Source of the DNA: a virus
Lineage: Duplodnaviria; Caudoviricetes
Strand: one strand, 5' to 3'
Virus record (IMG/VR): IMGVR_UViG_3300007960_000027
Location: 1-57,039 of that record
Length of the DNA: 57,039 nt
Shown: positions 1 through 7,727 of the stretch, piece by piece
Position numbering within the stretch: position 1 is the stretch's first letter
Layout of the letters: every line of letters begins with the position of its first letter
Program-made: the position numbers and the translations under genes
Notes under the pieces: generated by a model
What the model saw: the letters and a program-made list of their open reading frames with translations, nothing else
What the model was told of the DNA's origin: nothing
The model's database searches: none

Positions 1-129
1 CGCGGCGTCACCAGTTTCCACAGCAGCACAGGGCACGAGGTCGGACAGCGCGCAGCGCGTGGCAGATGTTATACGCCACGTATAACACGTTCGGCCGCGG
101 CATCACCAGTTCCCACAGCAGCACAGGGC
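1..129 (+). repeat. 34-bp direct repeat (1-34 and 96-129, 2 mismatches) flanking a palindrome copy
   Basis: cgcggc(g/a)tcaccagtt(t/c)ccacagcagcacagggc read twice. Confidence 0.9.
68..86. promoter_or_regulatory. 19-bp palindromic element copy 1
   Basis: GTTATACGCCACGTATAAC. Confidence 0.85.
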
Positions 130-242
130 GCTCTACAAGCTAGGCGCGAAGCCGGGTGAAAAATCTACAACTTGTGGGGGGTGCAAAGATTACGCTCAGA
201 GCGTTGCGTCCAACACTACGTGTTGTAGCGAAAGCTACGTGT

Positions 243-270
243 AGCGTAACCCGAATTGAAATTTTGTCAA
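243..270 (-). promoter_or_regulatory. putative leftward sigma70 promoter
   Basis: minus strand TTGACA-16 nt-TACGCT. Confidence 0.45.
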
Positions 271-309
271 CCCCCTCCCTCACGAGTTGTAACAATTCTA
301 CCCAGAGAT

Positions 310-739
310 TGTTCCACAAATAATCCACAACGTGGATGCGTTATACGGCCCGTATAACATTGATTTTACGTAATGTTCCAGTCTACAACCATAGATCATT
401 TGTTCCAATTGTTCCAGTAGCCTAAAAAGAGTGGAACAATATAACCCGTTGATATTAAAGGGAAAAACGGGTATTGTTCCAATGTTCCACAAATTCGAGA
501 AATTGGTAAAAGGTTTGCCGGTTTTCGACTGACGGAATGCACCGCACCTTCGCCGACCCCCCAAAAAGCGTTTCCCCCCTAATAAAGAAAATTTAGGGAA
601 CAATTGGAACATTGGAACATTATACCTCTACTACTACTACTAACTATAAATTTATATATATATATCAGACACTTACACTTCCACCCCTGCGGGCTTGTAT
701 TGTTCCTATTCAAGAATTGGAATTGGAACAATTGGAACA
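310..739. repeat. TGTTCCA/TGGAACA iteron-like cluster with AT-rich tract; candidate replication origin or packaging region
   Basis: 11 exact heptamers (310, 374, 401, 410, 432r, 475, 483, 605r, 613r, 724r, 733r) plus variants; AT-rich tract at about 620-670. Confidence 0.6.
340..358. promoter_or_regulatory. 19-bp palindromic element copy 2
   Basis: GTTATACGGCCCGTATAAC. Confidence 0.85.
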
Positions 740-840
740 TTACGTAATATCAATGACTTAGCATTTTCGGTCCCGATCTCCCATGCAGACCGTGCCTCCA
801 GCTGCGCCCACACGTCCCTCACTGCCTACCCATGCCAGTC

Positions 841-859
841 GTTATACGCCCCGTATAAC
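841..859. promoter_or_regulatory. 19-bp palindromic element copy 3
   Basis: GTTATACGCCCCGTATAAC. Confidence 0.85.
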
Positions 860-909
860 AGCTACCAATACTTACCAGAACTTCACATGAGATTCTCAAC
901 TGAGACATA

Positions 910-938
910 TTGACTCAAACCGTGTTATAACGTACTAT
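910..938 (+). promoter_or_regulatory. putative rightward sigma70 early promoter
   Basis: TTGACT-17 nt-TACTAT. Confidence 0.65.
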
Positions 939-1031
939 ACTACGTATAGTTTGTTTGTTCCCGGGTCTTGTTGACCCACGCTCTTTGACATCGTGATTGG
1001 CTGCGCCTGATGCAGCCCGGCCTAGCTAGGT

Positions 1032-1050
1032 GTTATACGCCCCGTATAAC
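1032..1050. promoter_or_regulatory. 19-bp palindromic element copy 4
   Basis: GTTATACGCCCCGTATAAC. Confidence 0.85.
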
Positions 1051-1121
1051 GCCGATGATGCAGAACCAACCGGCCATTGCCTGTGACGCGCGGCTACGAA
1101 AACACCGCAGCGTGGGCCGCT

Positions 1122-1140
1122 GTTATACGCCCTGTATAAC
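1122..1140. promoter_or_regulatory. 19-bp palindromic element copy 5
   Basis: GTTATACGCCCTGTATAAC. Confidence 0.85.
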
Positions 1141-1254
1141 AGCGTGCAGAAATCAAGAACCAGCAAGCCACTGTATTGGCATCAAGGGAGACGGGAGTTC
1201 CACCCTACAAAACTCGAAGCCCCACGCAGCTATCACACGCGACGGTACGTTGGT

Positions 1255-1460
1255 CCGACGGTATATCCGTCGGGCTATGCCACTTCATACCTAGCCCAGC
1301 CTGCACCCGAGAATGGTGCGGAAGCTGCCGCCGGTTGGTTCGACAAAACACATACGTCAGCATCCGCTGACGTGGGCGACAACAGCTAGGACACGCGGGC
1401 ATCCGCGTGTCTCATGGTGCAGTCGCGCCACCGCATGGCCCGAGGGCCATCGCGCCACCG
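1255..1460 (+). ncRNA. candidate structured leader RNA
   Basis: hairpins at 1255-1273, 1354-1373, 1390-1411 and 1435-1450; no convincing ORF. Confidence 0.35.
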
Positions 1461-1482
1461 AAAAAAGGAGATACAGACACAG

Positions 1483-1641
1483 ATGCACCAGCGATACAGA
1501 TCAACCACGGTGGAGGAGTTCAAAAGCCTCCTTCAGGCAGGGGCAATTCGCCCCGCGTCTCTGGAAGATGTCCACGGGACGCACCACAGCCGGGGGCTGT
1601 ACCGGCACCCCAACACGGGGCAATGGTACGTGGAAGTGTAA
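1483..1641 (+). CDS. hypothetical protein (52 aa)
   Basis: AAGGAG RBS then ATG at 1483, in the frame of ORF 1414..1641. Confidence 0.6.
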   Translation: MHQRYRSTTVEEFKSLLQAGAIRPASLEDVHGTHHSRGLYRHPNTGQWYVEV

Positions 1642-1664
1642 CCGAAACCATCGCAACACGCTCC

Positions 1665-1683
1665 GTTATACGGGGCATATAAC
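1665..1683. promoter_or_regulatory. 19-bp palindromic element copy 6, before RBS
   Basis: GTTATACGGGGCATATAAC followed by AAGGAGA. Confidence 0.85.
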
Positions 1684-1696
1684 AAGGAGACTGAAC

Positions 1697-2179
1697 ATGC
1701 TTAGTACAACAACACAGAACCAGATCGACCAAGAATGGAACCGCAAGGCAGAAGCCTTCGTCACGCTGGCTGACCAGCTGCCCAGCTTGCAGTCTATCAA
1801 GGAAGCCTTTGCGTGGGAGGACAAGCACCCTGTCCACCCGACGACCGACGTGCGGAACGACGCGTTCCGCAACGCCATGAATGCAATCGGGCACAAGGCC
1901 CTGCCGTTCATGGATGCCAAGTATACCTACGTCAGCGACTTTGCGTGGGACGCCGCTGCCTGTGCCGACATGGAGAAGGGGGACACGCTGTTCCTCCTTA
2001 TCCACGAGTGCGGCACGCGGTTGTTCACGCCGATAACGCAGGAGCCTGACCACGTTCAGCGCAAGCTGGAGGAGGTCATCGAACACGTCGATGTGTGCAG
2101 CACCCGCAAGGCTGTACTGCGCGTGGTGCGTGAGCACTTTGACACCTTCACGGTGTCGGTCGTTTACAACCGCATCTGA
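1697..2179 (+). CDS. hypothetical protein carrying a 17-codon insert copied from the AAA gene
   Basis: AAGGAGA RBS, ATG 1697 (MLSTTTQ), in the frame of ORF 1313..2179. Confidence 0.8.
   Translation: MLSTTTQNQIDQEWNRKAEAFVTLADQLPSLQSIKEAFAWEDKHPVHPTTDVRNDAFRNAMNAIGHKALPFMDAKYTYVSDFAWDAAACADMEKGDTLFLLIHECGTRLFTPITQEPDHVQRKLEEVIEHVDVCSTRKAVLRVVREHFDTFTVSVVYNRI
1754..1803 (+). repeat. 50-bp copy of 4667-4716 (1 mismatch)
   Basis: gccttcgtca(c/a)gctggctgaccagctgcccagcttgcagtctatcaagga. Confidence 0.95.
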
Positions 2180-2195
2180 TCGAAACCAGCGCCCC

Positions 2196-2214
2196 GTTAT
2201 ACGGGGCGTATAAC
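2196..2214. promoter_or_regulatory. 19-bp palindromic element copy 7, before RBS
   Basis: GTTATACGGGGCGTATAAC. Confidence 0.85.
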
Positions 2215-2233
2215 ATGAGAAAGGAGACCAGCA

Positions 2234-2473
2234 ATGGCTGGAGAACGTATGACGCGTTACTTTTTGTTCGTGTGCACGCACTACTACCCCCGCGGCGGGA
2301 TGGACGACTGCGAAGGCGTGTTCGACACGCTTGAGGCAGCCAAGGCTGCCGCAGTTGCCGCTGACGAACGCTACGTAGACGTCAGCATTGCCGAAATCGG
2401 CGAGAATGTGGTCGAGCACTGGATGCAGGAAGATGGCTGGGTCAGCAAGCCATTCGTGCGGGAGCAGGAGTAA
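2234..2473 (+). CDS. small phage hypothetical protein (YYPxGG motif)
   Basis: AAGGAGA RBS; alternative start at 2249. Confidence 0.75.
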   Translation: MAGERMTRYFLFVCTHYYPRGGMDDCEGVFDTLEAAKAAAVAADERYVDVSIAEIGENVVEHWMQEDGWVSKPFVREQE

Positions 2474-2477
2474 CACC

Positions 2478-2654
2478 ATGGCTGGAGAACTTATGACCTT
2501 CGCAGCACTCCCACAGGGTGCGAAATTTTTCTTCAACGGCAACTGCTGCATCAAGCGCAGCAGCGCCACGGCCGAACTCGTTGACTACAAGCGTACCTTT
2601 TACTTCGGGAAGAAGGACGTGGTCACTGTCGGCTGGCCGGGAGATGACGAATGA
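2478..2654 (+). CDS. hypothetical protein
   Basis: GGAG RBS, ATG 2478 (MAGELMT); ATGA overlap with next gene. Confidence 0.7.
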   Translation: MAGELMTFAALPQGAKFFFNGNCCIKRSSATAELVDYKRTFYFGKKDVVTVGWPGDDE

Positions 2655-2857
2655 CACCACACTGTATAACGTGTGGTGACGAGTACCCTCACGCGCGCCG
2701 CGCGTTGGGGTACCAGACCTGCCTCGCCTGTGGCGAAGCGGCCGCGGCAACTGTCCGCGCTGGGTGGTGCGTTGCACCCGTGGCGCACAAACAGGGTGCC
2801 ACACTCGTGACCAACAAGGCCGATCTCAAAGGCCTCAACAAGTACAGCGCCGACTAA
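2651..2857 (+). CDS. C4 zinc-finger protein, TraR/DksA-like
   Basis: CITCGDEYPHARRALGYQTCLAC spacing matches the DksA/TraR C4 finger. Confidence 0.6.
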   Translation: MTPHCITCGDEYPHARRALGYQTCLACGEAAAATVRAGWCVAPVAHKQGATLVTNKADLKGLNKYSAD

Positions 2858-2878
2858 CGGCGCTGCAACCAACGCCCC

Positions 2879-2897
2879 GTTATACGGGGCATATAAC
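2879..2897. promoter_or_regulatory. 19-bp palindromic element copy 8, before RBS
   Basis: GTTATACGGGGCATATAAC. Confidence 0.85.
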
Positions 2898-2914
2898 ATC
2901 TCAGGAGAGCTATC

Positions 2915-3814
2915 ATGACTTTTACTTTCGATAACGCACCGGCACCGCAGGGTGCCACTCTTCAGTCCTCGACCATGCTGGTCGAACTGAGTATCTCGGT
3001 CTGGACTGCGCGCAAGCTGGACAAGCGCGCGTCCCGTGAATGTACGGACCGGGCGAATGCCGACAAGGGTATGGCCAACGTCCACAAGAAGCTGCTTGCC
3101 TGTGACGAGCTGACCGCCATCCAGAAGTTCGCGGCAAACGCGCGCACCTCGACGCACTATGCCATGACGCTGCCGTGGTCCGACAGCGGGCTGCGTATGC
3201 TGCCGACGTCGAATTATTTCGACTATCACAAGGCCATGACTGGCCTCCAGACCGAGTTCGATCGGCTGGTGCAGAAGTTCCTCGCCCGGTACGAGTGGCT
3301 CATCAACGAGACGCAGATCAAGCTGGGCGACATGTATAACCCGGCCGAGTACCCGTCGCTTGACAGGATGCAGGCCAAGTTCGGCTTTCGCCTCAACTAC
3401 ATCCCACTGCCGGAGGCAGGGGACTTCCGCGTGGATATTGGTAACCAGCAGGCCGAGGAGTTGCGGGATCAGTACGCCTCGTTTTACGAAGCGCAGCTGA
3501 CCCGGGCGATGGGCAACCTGTGGTCCCGTACATACAAGACGCTGACCCACATGTCCGAGCGGCTGGACTACGCTGACCACGAACAGAAGAAGGTGTTCCA
3601 TGACACGTTGGTGTCCAACGTGCTGGACCTGATCGACATGATGGAGACCATGAACATCACCAACGATCCGAACATGCAGCTGCAAAGCCGCCGCCTCAAG
3701 ATGGCGATGCAGGGTATCTCACCGAACGCGTTGCGTGAGGACGAGGGCCTGCGCCGTGACACCAAGCGTGCGGTGGACGAGGCCCTCAAGGCCCTGCCGT
3801 CGCTCGACTTCTAA
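2915..3814 (+). CDS. DUF3150-like protein
   Basis: 299 aa helical protein with LSISVWTARKLD, TLPW and EYPS motifs, next to an AAA/vWA pair. Confidence 0.6.
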   Translation: MTFTFDNAPAPQGATLQSSTMLVELSISVWTARKLDKRASRECTDRANADKGMANVHKKLLACDELTAIQKFAANARTSTHYAMTLPWSDSGLRMLPTSNYFDYHKAMTGLQTEFDRLVQKFLARYEWLINETQIKLGDMYNPAEYPSLDRMQAKFGFRLNYIPLPEAGDFRVDIGNQQAEELRDQYASFYEAQLTRAMGNLWSRTYKTLTHMSERLDYADHEQKKVFHDTLVSNVLDLIDMMETMNITNDPNMQLQSRRLKMAMQGISPNALREDEGLRRDTKRAVDEALKALPSLDF

Positions 3815-3837
3815 TACAATACGTCAACCAGCGGGGC

Positions 3838-3856
3838 GTTATACGCCCCGTATAAC
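3838..3856. promoter_or_regulatory. 19-bp palindromic element copy 9, before RBS
   Basis: GTTATACGCCCCGTATAAC. Confidence 0.85.
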
Positions 3857-3886
3857 AAACCAAATCAAACCAAACGGAGAACTACC

Positions 3887-4975
3887 ATGACTAATTCTAT
3901 GTATTACCTCGGCCTCGACCAGACCGCAAATCTCATCAAGGCCATTGGCCACAAGCGCACCGTGCTGGCGCAGGGTCACATGGGTACCGGCAAGTCCTCG
4001 CTGCTCAAGATGCTGGCCGAGATGCTGCCGACGCACACCCCCGTGTACTTCGACTGTACGACCAAGGACTTGGGTGACCTCATGTTGCCACGCATCGCCG
4101 AGGTGGATGCAGAGACACCGTATGTGTCGTATGCTCCGAACGAGGAGTTGGGTATCCACCACAACACCCCCGTGATCGTCATGCTTGACGAGTACGGCAA
4201 GGCTAACCCCGCTGTGAAGCAGGGCCTGACCGCCTTCATGTTGGAACGTCGGCTGGGTAACAACGCGTTGCACCCTGACAGCATCGTGTTCTGTACCACG
4301 AACCTCGGGGCCGAGGGTGTTGGTGACCTGCTTGTTGCACACCAGCGCAACCGCATCATCCCTGTCACGGTGCGGAAACCCAGCAACGTGGACTGGATCG
4401 AATGGGGCATCAACAACGGGATCGACCACAGCCTGTTGGGCTGGTGCCGTGATAACCCGCAGCTGTTCGCTGACTTCACCGAGATCAAAGACCCTGACGA
4501 GAACCCCTACGTCTTCCACCCACGTGCGCAGCGTGCTGCCTTCGTCACTCCTCGTTCGCTCGAATGCGCGTCTGACATCCTCAAGACGCGTGAGTTTCTT
4601 GACGACCAGACGGTGGTGGCCGGCCTGATCGGTGCCATCGGTGATCGTGCGGCGATGGACCTGATGGCCTTCGTCAAGCTGGCTGACCAGCTGCCCAGCT
4701 TGCAGTCTATCAAGGACGACCCGAAGAACGCTACCGTGCCGACCAGCGCCGCAGCTGTGTGTATGGTGGTGTATCGTACCATGGCGGCCCTCGAACGTGA
4801 CTGGCTCGACGCGTGGATGGACTACATGGTGCGGCTGCCCAAGGAGGCGCAGGGTATGTTCGCCAACGGCGTCCGCACCCCGAAGTATTCCAAGCAGTCC
4901 ATGGTGATGACCAACACCAAGTTCACCAACTGGGCGATGCAGAACAGCTATCTCTACGCAGCTGACATCAAGTGA
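3887..4975 (+). CDS. AAA+ ATPase (MoxR/dynein-related)
   Basis: Walker A GHMGTGKS, Walker B VMLDE, sensor TTN, TPRS motif. Confidence 0.85.
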   Translation: MTNSMYYLGLDQTANLIKAIGHKRTVLAQGHMGTGKSSLLKMLAEMLPTHTPVYFDCTTKDLGDLMLPRIAEVDAETPYVSYAPNEELGIHHNTPVIVMLDEYGKANPAVKQGLTAFMLERRLGNNALHPDSIVFCTTNLGAEGVGDLLVAHQRNRIIPVTVRKPSNVDWIEWGINNGIDHSLLGWCRDNPQLFADFTEIKDPDENPYVFHPRAQRAAFVTPRSLECASDILKTREFLDDQTVVAGLIGAIGDRAAMDLMAFVKLADQLPSLQSIKDDPKNATVPTSAAAVCMVVYRTMAALERDWLDAWMDYMVRLPKEAQGMFANGVRTPKYSKQSMVMTNTKFTNWAMQNSYLYAADIK

Positions 4976-4981
4976 GGACAC

Positions 4982-5137
4982 ATGTCGAACGATGATCTGA
5001 AAACGACCCAGCTGATACTGGACCTCAAGGAGATGCTCCGCGTCTACGTAGACGGGAAGTCTCACAACGAAACTCGTGGCCAAGCTTTGGCCACGATACG
5101 CGAAGCAAATGAATGGCTATATGGAGAGAAGAAATGA
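4982..5137 (+). CDS. hypothetical protein (51 aa, not in ORF track)
   Basis: GAGGA RBS, MSNDDLKTTQ...YGEKK, ATGA overlap with next gene. Confidence 0.6.
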   Translation: MSNDDLKTTQLILDLKEMLRVYVDGKSHNETRGQALATIREANEWLYGEKK

Positions 5138-5415
5138 CGAAGTACAAGCGCAAAGAGGGCAAGCGAAACACGCGGTGGACCGACGAGGACCTCGACCTGT
5201 TGCGCACACTGGCTGCGCAGGGTGTGTCTAACTGGGACATCAGCAAGCGTCTCGACCGCTCGCCCGGTTCAGTCAGTGCGCAGCTGTACCTGATGCGTAA
5301 GCAGGACGAGGCTGACCGGTTCGTCGATGCCGTGATGGAGGACTATCACGAGGTGGAGGTCACGCCGAAACCGTCGCTGTGGCGGCGCATCATGAACATT
5401 ATACGACGCGTATAA
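5134..5415 (+). CDS. HTH DNA-binding protein (Myb/GcrA N-terminal-like)
   Basis: RWTDEDLDLLRTLAAQGVSNWDISKRLDRSPGSV. Confidence 0.7.
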   Translation: MTKYKRKEGKRNTRWTDEDLDLLRTLAAQGVSNWDISKRLDRSPGSVSAQLYLMRKQDEADRFVDAVMEDYHEVEVTPKPSLWRRIMNIIRRV

Positions 5416-5416
5416 C
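5398..5416. promoter_or_regulatory. 19-bp palindromic element copy 10 (variant), overlapping a stop codon
   Basis: ATTATACGACGCGTATAAC followed by AGGAGA. Confidence 0.75.
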
Positions 5417-5431
5417 AGACAGGAGAACAAC

Positions 5432-6646
5432 ATGTTTATGGGAAAACTGACACCCGAGCAACGGGTGCAAAAAGCCGTGATCGACATCATGGCCAAGGAT
5501 CGCTACGCCGCACTGGCTGGCATCCTGATGATCGGCGAGAAGCGGGTGGAGACTGACCCCGCCAAGTGTCCGACAGCATACACCGACGGTAAGAACGTGG
5601 TGTTCGGTGCCGAGTTCATGGATGGCATGACCGACGCAGAGTTGCGGTTCCTCGCTATCCACGAGGAGAAGCACAAGATGTATCGCCACCTGACAACGTG
5701 GGAGTGGATGTGGAAGGAGGACCAGCAGCTTGCCAACCAAGCGTGCGACCACGTCATCAACATTGAGACAGTGGACGAGAACCCCGACGGCTTCGCCACC
5801 ATGACAGGCAAGCTGGCCGGGGGGTGCTGCGACTTCAAGTACCGTGGGTGGGATGCCGCGCAAGTATTCCACGACCTCAAGCGCAAGCGTGACGAGCAGG
5901 GCGGTGGCAGTGGCAGTGGCGACGGTGACTACGACGGCAGCTTCGACCAGCATGGCTGGGAAGAAGCGCAGGACATGACCGCCGAGGAGAAGCGCGAATT
6001 GTCCCGTGCCGTGGACGAGGCCATACGTCAGGGTGTCTTGCTTGCTGGCAAGGCCGGGTCCGGTGGCGACCGCAGCTTCGAGGAACTGTTGACCCCGCAG
6101 GTCAACTGGCGTGACGCGCTGCGTGAGTTTGTACAGAACACATGCGCTGGGGCTGACTACTCAACGTGGCGCAAGCCCAACCGTCGGTACATCGGGATGA
6201 ACATCTACATGCCCTCCGGTGTCAGCGAGACAGTGGGCGAGATGGCCGTGCTGATCGACACGTCAGGTTCTACCTACGCACCGGGTGTGCTGCCCGCCTT
6301 CATGTCCGAGGCCAAGGCCATAGCCGAGACTGTCCGACCGGAGCGGGTGCACATCATTTACTGGGACACGGAGGTGTGTCAGGCTGAGGTGTACGAGCAG
6401 GACGAGTTGGACAAGATGATCTCCAGCACGCAGCCCAAGGGCGGTGGTGGCACCGACATCACCTGCGCCATCGACTACATGGCCGAACATAACATCAAGC
6501 CGCAAGCGTCCATCGTACTGACCGATGGGTATCTGTTCGGCGGCTGGGGGTCGTGGTCCCACCCTGTGCTGTGGTGCGTGATCGACAACAAGAACGCCAA
6601 GCCCGACACGGGCAAGGTCGTGCACATTCGTGCGAGTGACATGTGA
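5432..6646 (+). CDS. DUF2201-type putative metallopeptidase with C-terminal vWA domain
   Basis: TAYTDG, HEEKH (HExxH), N..CDHVIN, MIDAS DTSGS, GGGGTD, LTDG. Confidence 0.85.
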   Translation: MFMGKLTPEQRVQKAVIDIMAKDRYAALAGILMIGEKRVETDPAKCPTAYTDGKNVVFGAEFMDGMTDAELRFLAIHEEKHKMYRHLTTWEWMWKEDQQLANQACDHVINIETVDENPDGFATMTGKLAGGCCDFKYRGWDAAQVFHDLKRKRDEQGGGSGSGDGDYDGSFDQHGWEEAQDMTAEEKRELSRAVDEAIRQGVLLAGKAGSGGDRSFEELLTPQVNWRDALREFVQNTCAGADYSTWRKPNRRYIGMNIYMPSGVSETVGEMAVLIDTSGSTYAPGVLPAFMSEAKAIAETVRPERVHIIYWDTEVCQAEVYEQDELDKMISSTQPKGGGGTDITCAIDYMAEHNIKPQASIVLTDGYLFGGWGSWSHPVLWCVIDNKNAKPDTGKVVHIRASDM

Positions 6647-6661
6647 TACCAACCACGCCCC

Positions 6662-6680
6662 GTTATACGGGGCGTATAAC
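6662..6680. promoter_or_regulatory. 19-bp palindromic element copy 11, before RBS
   Basis: GTTATACGGGGCGTATAAC. Confidence 0.85.
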
Positions 6681-6695
6681 ACAAGGAGATGAGCA

Positions 6696-7727
6696 ATGGC
6701 TCGTTACTACACTTCGATCAACAGCTTCGCCGAGGCCGAAGCGTTCTATAACAAAATCGTCCCTTTGCGTGGCGCGAAGAACAAGGACAAAGACATCCGC
6801 CCGCTTGGCGATCGACGTCGCAAGTGGGAACGCATCGTCAAGGTAAGCAACAACTGCTACGCCCTGACTAGCGGCTGGCATCCGGGCGACCCGGATTACT
6901 GGATGCGTGATAGCAAGGTTGATGGTGAGCCTCCTATCAGCTGGATGGCCAAGTATTCGCCCATCGTGTGGCGTAGGCATAAGGATGGAACCGAGACCGT
7001 CACCCTGCGTAACGGTACAGGACCCGGGTACCATACCAGCGTGTATGAGTTCCTGCGGCGTCACCTACCGCGATACATGAACTTTCTGCAAACCCGTGCC
7101 GGACACCAGCGCATCCACGTGTATGGCACTAGCTACTACTTGGCGAAGGGTCGCACCATACCGAAGCAATACGTTGCTCGCGCGTTGAAGTACGACTCGG
7201 GGCGTGAGTGGTACCAGACCACTGACGACAAGGCGTCTCTTACCTTCAAGGTGTTGGACGGACGCTATGAACTTGTTGGCGAGGCGCTGACGGTACCGAA
7301 GCCGCCCAAGAAGCGCGTAGATAAGGCCCGCAAGGCAGCCCTCAAGCCGCACATCGACGCGTTCCGTGACTGGGCTATAGCTATCCTGCCCATGATGCCC
7401 ACTGACTGGCAGTCCGAGTTCGAGGTGCTGAACCAAGCCCGCACCGTACCTATCGGAGACTTCCGTCTTGGGTACTCTGTTGGCTGGGCCTTCAATGCCA
7501 ACAACTCAGAACTAGCAGAGCAGATCATCCAGCACGACCAGCACGCGCTTCGCGTTTTGTTGGCGCTTCACATGCGTGCGACGGTTCGCTCTGCGCTTGA
7601 GGATAAGCACGGGAGAGACACGAACACCACGCACCTGCACCTGAATGACGGTTTCCAGACCGCCTATAACCGCTGGGCCAACAAGACCCTCGGACTTATC
7701 AATACAGTAAAAGGAGATGCGGAATGA
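6696..7727 (+). CDS. hypothetical protein
   Basis: 343 aa ORF, AAGGAGA RBS. Confidence 0.8.
   Translation: MARYYTSINSFAEAEAFYNKIVPLRGAKNKDKDIRPLGDRRRKWERIVKVSNNCYALTSGWHPGDPDYWMRDSKVDGEPPISWMAKYSPIVWRRHKDGTETVTLRNGTGPGYHTSVYEFLRRHLPRYMNFLQTRAGHQRIHVYGTSYYLAKGRTIPKQYVARALKYDSGREWYQTTDDKASLTFKVLDGRYELVGEALTVPKPPKKRVDKARKAALKPHIDAFRDWAIAILPMMPTDWQSEFEVLNQARTVPIGDFRLGYSVGWAFNANNSELAEQIIQHDQHALRVLLALHMRATVRSALEDKHGRDTNTTHLHLNDGFQTAYNRWANKTLGLINTVKGDAE

Noticed and set aside
1007-1102. Hammerhead ribozyme (CTGATG...GAAA)
   Set aside because: Core reads CUGAUGC rather than CUGAnGA and the stems do not close correctly
140-1402. Short ORFs in the control region
   Set aside because: No RBS, atypical composition, and they run through repeats and hairpins
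2196-2214. TATAAC arm as a standard sigma70 -10 box
   Set aside because: No -35 hexamer at the expected distance; an activator-dependent promoter is not excluded
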